Source: Flavobacteriales bacterium DA487
GTDB lineage: Bacteria > Bacteroidota > Bacteroidia > Flavobacteriales_D > Sanyastnellaceae
DNA: 64,000 nt
NCBI GenBank assembly: GCA_049334165.1
Contig: JBEGHD010000001.1
Reading direction: 5' to 3' (one strand)
Positions 12,180-20,919 of this stretch are shown here, piece by piece. How positions within the stretch are numbered: the first letter of the stretch is position 1; each line of letters opens with the position of its first letter. The position numbers and the translations under genes are program-made. Under the pieces are notes generated by a model. It did no database searches. It saw nothing but the letters and a program-made list of their open reading frames with translations, and was not told where the DNA came from.

Positions 12180-12635
12180 ATGGAAACCGGACTCCTACAC
12201 CTACACTCACTTTTACGCTGGATTGCACTCGTGCTGATCGTTGTTTCTGTCATCAAGTTTTTTAGCAGTGCAGCCGGCAACAAATCGTTCACTTCGGGCG
12301 ATAAAAAACTCGGACTTTTCACGCTCATCACGTTTCACCTTCAGTTGGTGATCGGGCTGTTGCTTTATTTTTTAAAAGGATGGCATCAAGCGTTTAGTGA
12401 TATGGCAAATGCTATGTCAGATTCATGGACACGCTTTTACGCAGTGGAACACATGCTCGGGATGATCATCGCCATTGCTTTTGTCACTATCGGTTACTCA
12501 AGCGCCAAGCGCACCCGAGTTGACAGCAAAAAGTTTAAGAAAATGGCATGGTGGTTTTTGATCGCGCTAATCATTGTTTTGGTTTCCATTCCATGGCCTT
12601 TCAGAGAGGTGGGAGCAGGAAAAGGTTGGTTCTAA
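12180..12635 (+). CDS. hypothetical integral membrane protein (4 predicted TM helices), likely in an operon with the downstream cytochrome c
   Basis: 151 aa, strongly hydrophobic segments; its stop lies 5 nt before the next start. Confidence 0.5.
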   Translation: METGLLHLHSLLRWIALVLIVVSVIKFFSSAAGNKSFTSGDKKLGLFTLITFHLQLVIGLLLYFLKGWHQAFSDMANAMSDSWTRFYAVEHMLGMIIAIAFVTIGYSSAKRTRVDSKKFKKMAWWFLIALIIVLVSIPWPFREVGAGKGWF

Positions 12636-12640
12636 GTTTT

Positions 12641-12982
12641 ATGAAGCAAACAATTCTGGCAGTATCGATTGTAGCGCTCGTGGGCTTTGCCGGTGGCTGT
12701 GGCAGCAGCAAGGGTTCCGATGTGGCGTCTGCAGAGCCAACTCAAAAAGTGACTCCCGAAGAGGCAGTGAAAATCTTCAACCGCAAGTGCGGATTGTGCC
12801 ACGGGAAAGACGGTAAAAAACAACTTGCCGGAGCACCCGACCTTACCACAAGCACACTGGAAAAAGATAAACGAATTGCCATTATCACTTATGGCAAAGG
12901 CAGCATGCCTCCATTCGAAGAAAGACTTTCTGCTACCGAAATCGAGGCAGTTGCCGACTACCTTGCTACCTTTGCAGAGTAA
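12641..12982 (+). CDS. class I c-type cytochrome lipoprotein
   Basis: Lipoprotein signal MKQTILAVSIVALVGFAGGC, a single CGLCHG heme-binding motif, 113 aa. The start was moved to the ATG at 12641 (the signal-peptide start) within the longer computed ORF. Confidence 0.75.
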   Translation: MKQTILAVSIVALVGFAGGCGSSKGSDVASAEPTQKVTPEEAVKIFNRKCGLCHGKDGKKQLAGAPDLTTSTLEKDKRIAIITYGKGSMPPFEERLSATEIEAVADYLATFAE

Positions 12983-13002
12983 AAACGAAATTAACTTCCT
13001 GA

Positions 13003-14193
13003 TTGATAGAAACTGAAAAAATACAAGAAACCTGTGTGCTGGTGGGAGTGATCACTTCCAGCCAATCGCGTGAAGCAGTAGACGAGTACCTCGATGAGTT
13101 GGCATTTTTGGCCGAGACTGCCGATGCGCTTTCTCAGAAGCGATTCGTGCAGAAACTCGAGCACCCCGATCCAAAAACATTCATCGGCTCAGGGAAGCTC
13201 AAGGAAATAAAAGACTATGTTGAAGAGAACAAAATCGACATGGTGATTTTTGACGATGAGCTTTCGCCCACGCAGCTACGAAATGTGGAGCGCTCTTTCA
13301 AGGATGTGAAAGTGCTCGACCGCAACAACCTCATCCTTGACATTTTTGCATCTCGAGCAAGAACGGCCCATGCGAAAACGCAGGTGGAGCTTGCGCAGTA
13401 CGAGTACCTTCTGCCACGCCTCACCAACATGTGGACTCACCTCCAAAAGCAAAAAGGTGGTATCGGAATGAAGGGTCCCGGTGAAAAGGAGATCGAGACC
13501 GACAGGCGGATTATTCGCGATAAAATCTCAGGCCTCAAAAAGCAGTTGCAGAAAATCGACAAGCAGATGGCGACCCAGCGAGGAAATCGCGGAGCCATGG
13601 TGCGAGTTGCACTGGTGGGTTACACCAACGTTGGTAAATCAACGCTGATGAATCTGCTGAGCAAATCGGACGTGTTTGCCGAAAATAAACTCTTCGCCAC
13701 GCTCGACACTACGGTGAGAAAAGTGGTTTTGCAAAATGTTCCTTGCCTGGTTTCCGACACTGTTGGGTTTATCCGCAAGCTGCCTACTCAGTTGATAGAG
13801 TCTTTTAAATCCACGCTTGACGAAACTCGCGAGGCCGACATTCTGGTGCACGTGCTGGACATTTCTCATCCCAATTTTGAGGATCACTACAACGTGGTGA
13901 ACGAAACCCTGAGCGACATTGGTACACTTGGAAAACCTACGATTGTGGTTTTCAATAAAATTGATGCGTTCACTTACACGCCAAAAGACGAGGACGACCT
14001 CACTCCAAAAACGAAGGAAAACTACTCGCTCGAAGAACTGGAAAGATCGTGGATGGCGCGCGTTCAGGACAACGATGTGGTGTTTATTTCGGCAGAGAAA
14101 AAGATCAACATTGACGAGTTGCGCGATGTGCTCTACCAGCGAGTGAAAGAAATTCACCAGGAGCGATATCCGTACAACGACTTTCTTTACTGA
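13003..14193 (+). CDS. hflX: GTPase HflX
   Basis: HflX N-domain, then G-domain motifs GYTNVGKST, DTVGF and NKID. Confidence 0.9.
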   Translation: MIETEKIQETCVLVGVITSSQSREAVDEYLDELAFLAETADALSQKRFVQKLEHPDPKTFIGSGKLKEIKDYVEENKIDMVIFDDELSPTQLRNVERSFKDVKVLDRNNLILDIFASRARTAHAKTQVELAQYEYLLPRLTNMWTHLQKQKGGIGMKGPGEKEIETDRRIIRDKISGLKKQLQKIDKQMATQRGNRGAMVRVALVGYTNVGKSTLMNLLSKSDVFAENKLFATLDTTVRKVVLQNVPCLVSDTVGFIRKLPTQLIESFKSTLDETREADILVHVLDISHPNFEDHYNVVNETLSDIGTLGKPTIVVFNKIDAFTYTPKDEDDLTPKTKENYSLEELERSWMARVQDNDVVFISAEKKINIDELRDVLYQRVKEIHQERYPYNDFLY

Positions 14194-14215
14194 GACTTGT
14201 AAAAACTTACTACTT

Positions 14216-14560
14216 TTGCCGACTATGCCGAGTATCCGTCAGGAAAAAATAGCCAATGTCATAAAGCAAAGTCTGGCAGTGATTTTCCAGCAACAGAGCC
14301 ACATGCTCTTTGGTGGAATGTTTATCACCGTAACGCAGGTGCGCATCACTCCCGACCTCAAGTTGGCAAAAGTCTACTTGAGTTTTATGGCCGTTAAAGA
14401 CAAAAAAGAAGCACTCAAAAAAGTGCAGTCTGAGAAGAATCGCATCCGCAAACACCTCGGTGAAGAAGTTGGCAAGCAATTGCGCCTGACTCCCGACTTG
14501 CAATTTTACATTGACGACTCTATCGACTACGCTCAGAAAATCAACGAGCTGTTAAAATAA
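14216..14560 (+). CDS. rbfA: ribosome-binding factor A
   Basis: 114 aa; pattern …VTQVRITPDLKLAKVYLSF… …LRLTPDLQFYIDDS… characteristic of RbfA. Confidence 0.85.
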   Translation: MPTMPSIRQEKIANVIKQSLAVIFQQQSHMLFGGMFITVTQVRITPDLKLAKVYLSFMAVKDKKEALKKVQSEKNRIRKHLGEEVGKQLRLTPDLQFYIDDSIDYAQKINELLK

Positions 14561-14565
14561 TCCTC

Positions 14566-15372
14566 ATGCAGTACGATCCGATAAAACGCTCACTGGGAAA
14601 CGTATTTAATAGATCTCCATTTCTTCGCAAGACATTCTACAAGCTCCTCGACTTGTTGCTTTTGCGTGCATGGCATGTTCACCGCGAGCTTCGCAAATGG
14701 GCAAAAGACTACCCAGAGAAAGCGCATATTCTCGATGCCGGAGCCGGCTTTGGGCAGTACACCTACTACATGAGCAACATGAGCCGCAATTACTGCATTT
14801 TGGCTGTAGACGTGAAATCTGAGCAAGTCTCCGACTGCAACAAATTTTTCCAGGCGATTGACCGCAAGCACGTGGTTTTTAAAAAAGGCGACCTCACGGA
14901 ATTTAGAAAAGAAGAAGCTTTTGACCTGGTGCTTTGCGTGGATGTGATGGAGCACATCGAAGAAGATGTGAAAACAATGACAAACTACTGCCACTCGCTG
15001 AAGCCAGGCGGCATGCTTTTGATCTCCACTCCATCCGATCAGGGTGGATCTGACGTTCACGAAGATTCCGAAGAGAGCTTTATCGATGAGCACGTTAGAG
15101 ACGGCTACAACATGGAGGAAATCAAAGAAAAGCTGAAAAAAGCAGGATTCTCCAAAGTTAAAGCGCACTACTCGTACGGGACTCCGGGTAAAATCTCCTG
15201 GCGCATTTCCATGAAGTGGCCGATGAAGATGCTCAACTTTTCGAAAGTCTTCTTCATCATTTTGCCTTTCTACTACCTGATTTTTTACCCAATCGCTTTT
15301 GTGCTCAATTACATCGACAGCCACTCGGTACACAAAACCGGAACCGGGCTGGTAGTGAAGGCGTGGAAATAA
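14566..15372 (+). CDS. class I SAM-dependent methyltransferase
   Basis: LDAGAGFGQY SAM-binding motif I, post-I acidic residue, and motif II/III-like segments. Confidence 0.7.
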   Translation: MQYDPIKRSLGNVFNRSPFLRKTFYKLLDLLLLRAWHVHRELRKWAKDYPEKAHILDAGAGFGQYTYYMSNMSRNYCILAVDVKSEQVSDCNKFFQAIDRKHVVFKKGDLTEFRKEEAFDLVLCVDVMEHIEEDVKTMTNYCHSLKPGGMLLISTPSDQGGSDVHEDSEESFIDEHVRDGYNMEEIKEKLKKAGFSKVKAHYSYGTPGKISWRISMKWPMKMLNFSKVFFIILPFYYLIFYPIAFVLNYIDSHSVHKTGTGLVVKAWK

Positions 15373-15692
15373 AAAAGCCTTCCCCGGGCGAACCGAAGAA
15401 GGCTTAACTCACGCAATTCCTAAGGGTGTTGGGTTGTAAGTTGTAGATAGAATAATTGATTCATTCTGCACCCCATCTTGCGATGAATGTTCTTCAAATA
15501 TAAGTGCTCTTCTCTGGCAAAAGTGTAAGACAACCTTCGATAAGCTTTGTGGGAACTGTCTGACACTGAGAACTATTTGCATTGAGTGATTTGAGGAGAC
15601 CACTACCACTGTGGCTCAATAGTAGCTTAACAATTGAGTAAGCCGAAAATATTACCTTATTTTTGCCCGGTAAATTTCTCAAGAACAAGGCC

Positions 15693-16526
15693 ATGAGCAA
15701 AAGAAAAATATTAGTTCCCACAGATTTTTCGAAAATCGGTAACACTGCTATCGACCACGCACTGGTGACAGCCAAATCGCTCGATGCGGATATTTACATT
15801 CTCCATATCGTTGGCAATAAGAAGGACTTGCCCGAAGCGCAAAACATCCTTTCAGAACTGGCGAAGCAGGTTAAGGAAAATCACGGTGTTGAAGTAAACA
15901 CTATTCCACGTATCGGATCGATTTACGAAGACATCGACAACGTTGGAGTTGAGATTGGTGCTGACCTGGTGATCATGGGAACTCACGGTCTTAGAGGAAT
16001 GCAATTTATCACCGGTGGGCGCGCTATCAGAATTGTAACGAGCTCTTCAATTCCATTCATTGTTGTTCAGGAAAAGGGAATTGGTCCGGAAGGTTATGAT
16101 GACATTGTGGTGCCGCTTGACCTCAGCAAAGAGACCAAGCAAAAGCTCAAGATTGTTTCCGACATGGCAAAGTATTTCAAATCTCGCATCCATCTGATTT
16201 CGCCAGACGAGAAAGATGAGTTCTTGAAAAAGCAACTCGAACGAAACATCAACTTTGCCCGTGAATTCTTCAATGAAAAGGGTATCAAGTACACCGTAAA
16301 GATCAAGGGAAAGTCTGAGAGTGGCTTCTCAAAAGCGGTAATCGCCCACGCCAAAGAAAGCAATGCAGACCTGATTTGCATTATGAATCTCTACGAGAAA
16401 AGTTTGATGGGAATGATTGGTGGAAAATATGAGCAGCGCATCATCACCAACGAACATCAGATTCCTGTGATGTGCGTGAACCCCGTGGAGACTTACGTGA
16501 TGAACCGTTCGGTTTTCGCGAGCTAA
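15693..16526 (+). CDS. tandem universal stress protein (UspA family)
   Basis: Two Usp-like halves (KILVPTDFS…; …LVIMGTHG…). The start was chosen at the MSKRKILVPTDFS methionine. Confidence 0.8.
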   Translation: MSKRKILVPTDFSKIGNTAIDHALVTAKSLDADIYILHIVGNKKDLPEAQNILSELAKQVKENHGVEVNTIPRIGSIYEDIDNVGVEIGADLVIMGTHGLRGMQFITGGRAIRIVTSSSIPFIVVQEKGIGPEGYDDIVVPLDLSKETKQKLKIVSDMAKYFKSRIHLISPDEKDEFLKKQLERNINFAREFFNEKGIKYTVKIKGKSESGFSKAVIAHAKESNADLICIMNLYEKSLMGMIGGKYEQRIITNEHQIPVMCVNPVETYVMNRSVFAS

Positions 16527-18337
16527 ACGCGGACGCCAATCACCAGAATATCGTCTACCTGTTCGTAGTCGCCCTTCCAGTCGAGGAGCGAGTCGATGAG
16601 TCGATCTTCCTGAGCTTTCATTGGGAGGTCTGAGATTTCCAGGATGAGTTCACGGAACTGTTTCTTCATAAACTTCTTTCCCTTTTCTCCTCCAAACTGG
16701 TCAGCAAAGCCATCGGAAAAAACGTATACGTTGTCGCCCTTCTTGAGCTGAATACTGTGATTGGTGAATTCAGGTGCGTCAGCATCAAAGTCGCCAATGG
16801 ACATCTTGTCTCCGGGATACTGCCTGAGTTTGCCACCTCGCACAATAAAAATGGGATTTTGTGCTCCGGCACATTCAAGTTTCAGTGACTCCGTATCGAG
16901 CATACACATAGCCAGATCCATTCCATCGCGCGCTACAGTTGAGTTGTCTTCGCCAAATCGCAGGGCTTCACTAGCCAGGCGATTGAGGTTACTGAGGATT
17001 GATGCTGGCCGGGTAAATACCTTGGTTACCTGATTGAGGGCATTGTGACCAACGAGGCTCATGAATGCTCCTGGAACACCGTGTCCGGTGCAGTCTACGG
17101 CTGCCCAAATCTTCTTTTTGCCCAAATCCTTAAACCAGTAGAAATCTCCAGAAACGATGTCTCTCGGCCGGTAGAGCACAAAAGATTCTGGGAACATGTT
17201 GCTGATTTGCTCATCCGTAGGAAGAATCGTTTGTTGGATTCGCTTTGCGTAGTTGATGCTGTCGGTGAGGTCCTTGTAAAGATCAGTCACCTGCTCTTTT
17301 TGCTTCTCGATCTCTTCTTTTTGGTGTAGCACCTCGTTGGTTCGCTCAATAACTTTCGACTCCAGCACCCGCTCGTTTTCGGCCAGGCTGTCGCGCATTT
17401 TCAAAAGGGCGTGTCCCAGCTCATCGCTCTCACTGAGAGGTTGATAGCGCGCATTAAAATTTCCATTTCCAAGCTGCTGAGAAAATTCCTTTGTTCGGTT
17501 CAAGCCAGTCACCAGCCGATTCAAAGCGATGGTCATTTCTCCAATTTCATCGTTGGTAGCTTTCATGGGTTTGTGCGGATACATTCCCTTACCGAGGTAA
17601 AGCAGCGTCTTTTTGAGATGATTCACCGGCCGCACAATGGAGCGAATGGTGATCAGGGCAATCACCACTCCGAAAATTATGACGAAGGCAGAAATGTTCA
17701 CCAGATAAATTTGCAGCGTGTCAAAGCTGCCGATCATGTCATCGCGGATATTTTTCTCATTGTTCTGAAGAAACTGAATGAGCTCTCCAAGTCCCTCCTG
17801 AATTTCGCTGTGAAAAGTCGGCACTTCTTCGCCCTGTTCCATGAGCAGCTCAGCGCGCATCACATTTTGAGGATCTTCGTAGCTCGCAAAATCGGGAAGC
17901 ATGTATTCGATGTTTTCGTACATCAAAAACAAATTCTCAATCTCCACTTTTACACTTTGAAAGAGCTCTCGTTCTTGCTCTGTCCAGCTCTCGGAGTACT
18001 TTTCAATTTCGTTGATTTGGCTGGGAATGGTCTTGTTGACGAGGTGGCGAAGCTCAGCTTTCTCGGGCTCGTCTTCACGCGACTGGATGTAAACCCACTG
18101 ACGTGCCAGCATAACCGATCGGGCAACTTCGTGGCGCAGGTTTTCAATGGCCCTCAGCGAGGGTGAATAAACCTCGTTGATTTGATCGTTGATCTGCCGG
18201 CTTTCCTGAAGCGTTTTGTTGGTGAGGTAAAAGACAAGGCCGACTGCAGCTATGAACAAGCCGAATCCGAGAGCTATTTTTCCAGATATAGAAAGCTTAA
18301 ACTTCATGGCTGGCGTTGAAATTCCGGAAGTGATCAA
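16523..18337 (-). CDS. transmembrane signalling protein: N-terminal TM, periplasmic sensor region, second TM, HAMP, coiled coil, and a C-terminal PP2C/SpoIIE-type Ser/Thr phosphatase (RsbU-like)
   Basis: Hydrophobic helices at about aa 15-38 and about aa 205-230; HAMP-like linker; PP2C motifs (…VSGDFYWF…AVDCTGHGVPGAFMS…FSDGF…). 604 aa. Confidence 0.8.
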   Translation of the reverse strand: MITSGISTPAMKFKLSISGKIALGFGLFIAAVGLVFYLTNKTLQESRQINDQINEVYSPSLRAIENLRHEVARSVMLARQWVYIQSREDEPEKAELRHLVNKTIPSQINEIEKYSESWTEQERELFQSVKVEIENLFLMYENIEYMLPDFASYEDPQNVMRAELLMEQGEEVPTFHSEIQEGLGELIQFLQNNEKNIRDDMIGSFDTLQIYLVNISAFVIIFGVVIALITIRSIVRPVNHLKKTLLYLGKGMYPHKPMKATNDEIGEMTIALNRLVTGLNRTKEFSQQLGNGNFNARYQPLSESDELGHALLKMRDSLAENERVLESKVIERTNEVLHQKEEIEKQKEQVTDLYKDLTDSINYAKRIQQTILPTDEQISNMFPESFVLYRPRDIVSGDFYWFKDLGKKKIWAAVDCTGHGVPGAFMSLVGHNALNQVTKVFTRPASILSNLNRLASEALRFGEDNSTVARDGMDLAMCMLDTESLKLECAGAQNPIFIVRGGKLRQYPGDKMSIGDFDADAPEFTNHSIQLKKGDNVYVFSDGFADQFGGEKGKKFMKKQFRELILEISDLPMKAQEDRLIDSLLDWKGDYEQVDDILVIGVRV

Positions 18338-19239
18338 TCGCGGATCTCACCGGACTTGATCAACTCTTCCAATCGGTTTTTGTATTGATTCGACTTCTGC
18401 TCCTCACTCAAACTTCTGTAGATCGCCATCAATCCTTTTAGCGTTTCCTTTCGGTTGGGGCGCTGGCTATGGGCCTCCAGCATATAGGGAAGTGACTGCT
18501 TAAAGAGTTTTACGCTCTCGTCCTGAATCATGATCAACTCATAGATCTCGGTGTTGTAGTTCACCTGGCGAATTTTATAAGCTCCCTGATTGTAGTAGTT
18601 GATAGCGATGTTGTAGTTAGCCTGGTAGTCCGTGGGATCCATCTCAAGCACTTTCTTGTAGTACTCGATGGCCTTGTCGATATAAATCTGATTTTGCTCG
18701 CGATTTCTTTCGTAGAGCTTTCGATAGCCTGATCCGAGTGCTTTGTAAAGTTCGATTTTCTCTGCAGTGTAATCCTTGTCCGGATCAAAAAGCGGATAGA
18801 GGGAGCGGTACTTTTTGAAGAAATATTCCGGCTCGTTTTGATTTTGGTAAGTGAGATTGTAGGTGGCATCAACAGCATCGTTGAAGTAAGACACTGCCAG
18901 GAACTTGGCCGCCTTCCCGATGAGCTCATCGTACTTTCCTTCTTTGTCGAGTTCCACCGCCCGCTTGATTGAAGCCACGGCAATCTCCCTGTTTTCGGAA
19001 TACTTGTCGCGATTGTCGCGCTGCTTGTAGATCTCTTTGAAAATATATCCTTTCACAAACCAGGCGTATGGATCCTTTGCCACAGCTGGGTTTCGCAGAG
19101 CATCCTCAATGGTTTCTCTCGCTTCCGAAAGCTCACCTGCTTCGCACTGGCGAGCGGCTTGTTTCACAAGATCAGACTGAGCCTGAGCGCCAAATGCGAT
19201 CAGTAGCAAAAATGCGATATGTAGGATTGCACTTTTCAT
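18334..19239 (-). CDS. secreted tetratricopeptide-repeat (TPR) protein
   Basis: Signal peptide MKSAILHIAFLLLIAFGAQAQ, with multiple TPR-like W/Y…A…Y…G repeats. Its stop overlaps the phosphatase start (ATGA). Confidence 0.7.
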   Translation of the reverse strand: MKSAILHIAFLLLIAFGAQAQSDLVKQAARQCEAGELSEARETIEDALRNPAVAKDPYAWFVKGYIFKEIYKQRDNRDKYSENREIAVASIKRAVELDKEGKYDELIGKAAKFLAVSYFNDAVDATYNLTYQNQNEPEYFFKKYRSLYPLFDPDKDYTAEKIELYKALGSGYRKLYERNREQNQIYIDKAIEYYKKVLEMDPTDYQANYNIAINYYNQGAYKIRQVNYNTEIYELIMIQDESVKLFKQSLPYMLEAHSQRPNRKETLKGLMAIYRSLSEEQKSNQYKNRLEELIKSGEIRD

Positions 19240-19775
19240 TTTATCGCCCAGTTTTTAATCTTATCTCCGAGAATTATTTTCCGCTGGTCCGCCTCCTTTT
19301 CATTTATTTCAAATCGAATGTTGCCTTCCTGCACCACAAAGTTGATCATGACACCTTCATCGAGAGCTCCCGAAAAATCGGATATGATCATTGTGCTTTT
19401 CTTCGATAACTTCTTGGTGAGTTCAGAAAGTTCTTTTCGTTTTTCCTTGGAAACGAAGAGTACATGCGGCCTTTTTATCTCACTCACAGACTCGAACTGT
19501 GTAACCTCGAGCATCTGACTTCCGATCGACTTGGTGGCGTACTTGTCCAGCAATTCTTCGAAGACATTTTCGTCACCGTAAACTCCAACGTGGAATTTAC
19601 CCGATTTATATTCGTCAGGCCAATCGGAGTATTTCGAGAAGTTAAAGAGATAGTTTGCCTTGATCATGGCCACAGTGTTGGCTTCGTCAATCTGCGCGTC
19701 ATCTCCCTCAGAGTTTGAAACCCCCGAGGAAACTAGCACCAGTGCCAAAAATGTTATACAAAGCCCTCTGATCAA
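19236..19775 (-). CDS. YfiR-like (DUF4154-type) periplasmic protein
   Basis: Signal peptide, about 180 aa, and a sequence pattern (…VGVYGDENVF…FVSKEK…MIISDFSG…GNIRFEINEKEA…) typical of the YfiR/DUF4154 family. Non-ATG (TTG) start; overlaps the TPR gene start by 4 nt. Confidence 0.65.
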   Translation of the reverse strand: MIRGLCITFLALVLVSSGVSNSEGDDAQIDEANTVAMIKANYLFNFSKYSDWPDEYKSGKFHVGVYGDENVFEELLDKYATKSIGSQMLEVTQFESVSEIKRPHVLFVSKEKRKELSELTKKLSKKSTMIISDFSGALDEGVMINFVVQEGNIRFEINEKEADQRKIILGDKIKNWAIK

Positions 19776-19784
19776 TATCTTACA

Positions 19785-20200
19785 AGTTAAGATGCGTTAC
19801 TCTCTGTGCAGTTAACAAAAATAACTCTTGAGCTCCGCAGGCTGAGAAAAGGAGAATTTGTTTATCAACCTGTTGGTGTGTAAAATAGAAAGGTTGCGGG
19901 TTTGTGAGTAGTTGATGACCGTGGGAAGTAGGTAATTGGGGGATTGAGGTGACTTGGGGATTGAGGAGGCTCAAGCTAATACATTATTAAACTTTTACCG
20001 GCTAGTACCTGAGGGTGTCGAGATAAAGTAGAGACAAGGTGATGGGGCCTGTGCGGTTTTGATCATGATTTTTGGAATTTGGTGCTTCTGGGAAAAGTCC
20101 CAGTGGGACGACATTTTGGTAGATATTGGCATTTTCCAAATTTACAAAGCTCCAGAGGAGCGGCATTATGGTAAGTATTCCCAAGGGAAAAAGTAGTATT
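19785..20200 (-). repeat. copy B of a dispersed intergenic element (about 400 bp) that carries a conserved small ORF and the palindrome GTCCCA-C-TGGGAC; related to copy A at 28250-28590
   Basis: About 80% nucleotide identity over the roughly 85-bp core (ATGCCGCTCCTCTGGAGC…TACCAAAATGTCGTCCCACTGGGACTT…), plus a shared distal block TAACTGCAC…GCAT…AACTT. Confidence 0.55.
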
Positions 20201-20204
20201 GAAT

Positions 20205-20244
20205 GAAAAAAAGCACAACCAGCGTCCGCCAGTTGTGCTTTTCT
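20205..20244 (-). terminator. rho-independent terminator of the ferritin gene
   Basis: Minus strand reads AAAAGCACAAC-loop-GTTGTGCTTTTTTTC. Confidence 0.6.
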
Positions 20245-20289
20245 AAAATTTATTGAAGGACTAAAATTCCTCCTCTTTAAATATTGAGT

Positions 20290-20799
20290 TTAACTCGGAT
20301 CGATCATCGGAACATTCATGCTCTCCAGGTCGCGATCGAATAGGTAGAGACCACTTTTATTGTCTCCAATCAGTTCCACTTTGTCCACGAGTGTACGTGC
20401 CAGGCCTTCTTCTTCAATTTGCTCAGAAACATACCACTGCATGAAATTGTGCGTGGTGTAATCCTTCTCAGAAAGGCAGATGTCAACCACATTGTTGATG
20501 GCTTTGGTCACGCGAACTTCGTGTGCGTAGAGGGTTGTGAAAATATCGTGGATGCCTTTGAATTCCGCAGGCGGCTCATCGAGTTTTGGAATTTTCGCCT
20601 GTCCTCCACGCTCGTTGATAAACTTGATCAACTTAAGCATGTGCTCGCGTTCCTCGTCAGAATGAACGTAGAGAAAACGGGCTACTCCGTTGTATCCCTC
20701 TACCTCGGCCCAGCTCGCCATAGCCAGGTAAAATTGCGATGATTCGGCTTCAATCAGCACTTGCTCGTTGAGCGCTTTTTCTATCTTTTTTGCTATCAT
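20290..20799 (-). CDS. ftnA: non-heme bacterial ferritin
   Basis: 169 aa; ferroxidase-centre residues (…EAESSQFYLAMASWAE…HSDEEREHMLKLIKF…). Confidence 0.9.
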   Translation of the reverse strand: MIAKKIEKALNEQVLIEAESSQFYLAMASWAEVEGYNGVARFLYVHSDEEREHMLKLIKFINERGGQAKIPKLDEPPAEFKGIHDIFTTLYAHEVRVTKAINNVVDICLSEKDYTTHNFMQWYVSEQIEEEGLARTLVDKVELIGDNKSGLYLFDRDLESMNVPMIDPS

Positions 20800-20919
20800 A
20801 GTCTTACTTTTTTCGGTTACTCAAAGCTAACGAATTCGCTCGATCTTCCCAGGTTGGGCGGTCAATTTAGAATGGTTCTTGCCTGAAAAAACCCAGAGAA
20901 TTCCAGCTTTCCAGAAATT

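Noticed and set aside
13639-14157. 172-aa ORF antisense to hflX
   Set aside because: Shadow ORF inside hflX.
14590-15333. 247-aa ORF antisense to the methyltransferase gene
   Set aside because: Shadow ORF. The plus-strand ORF has clear SAM-binding motifs.
17411-18166. 251-aa ORF antisense to the HAMP-PP2C gene
   Set aside because: Shadow ORF inside a gene with clear domain content.
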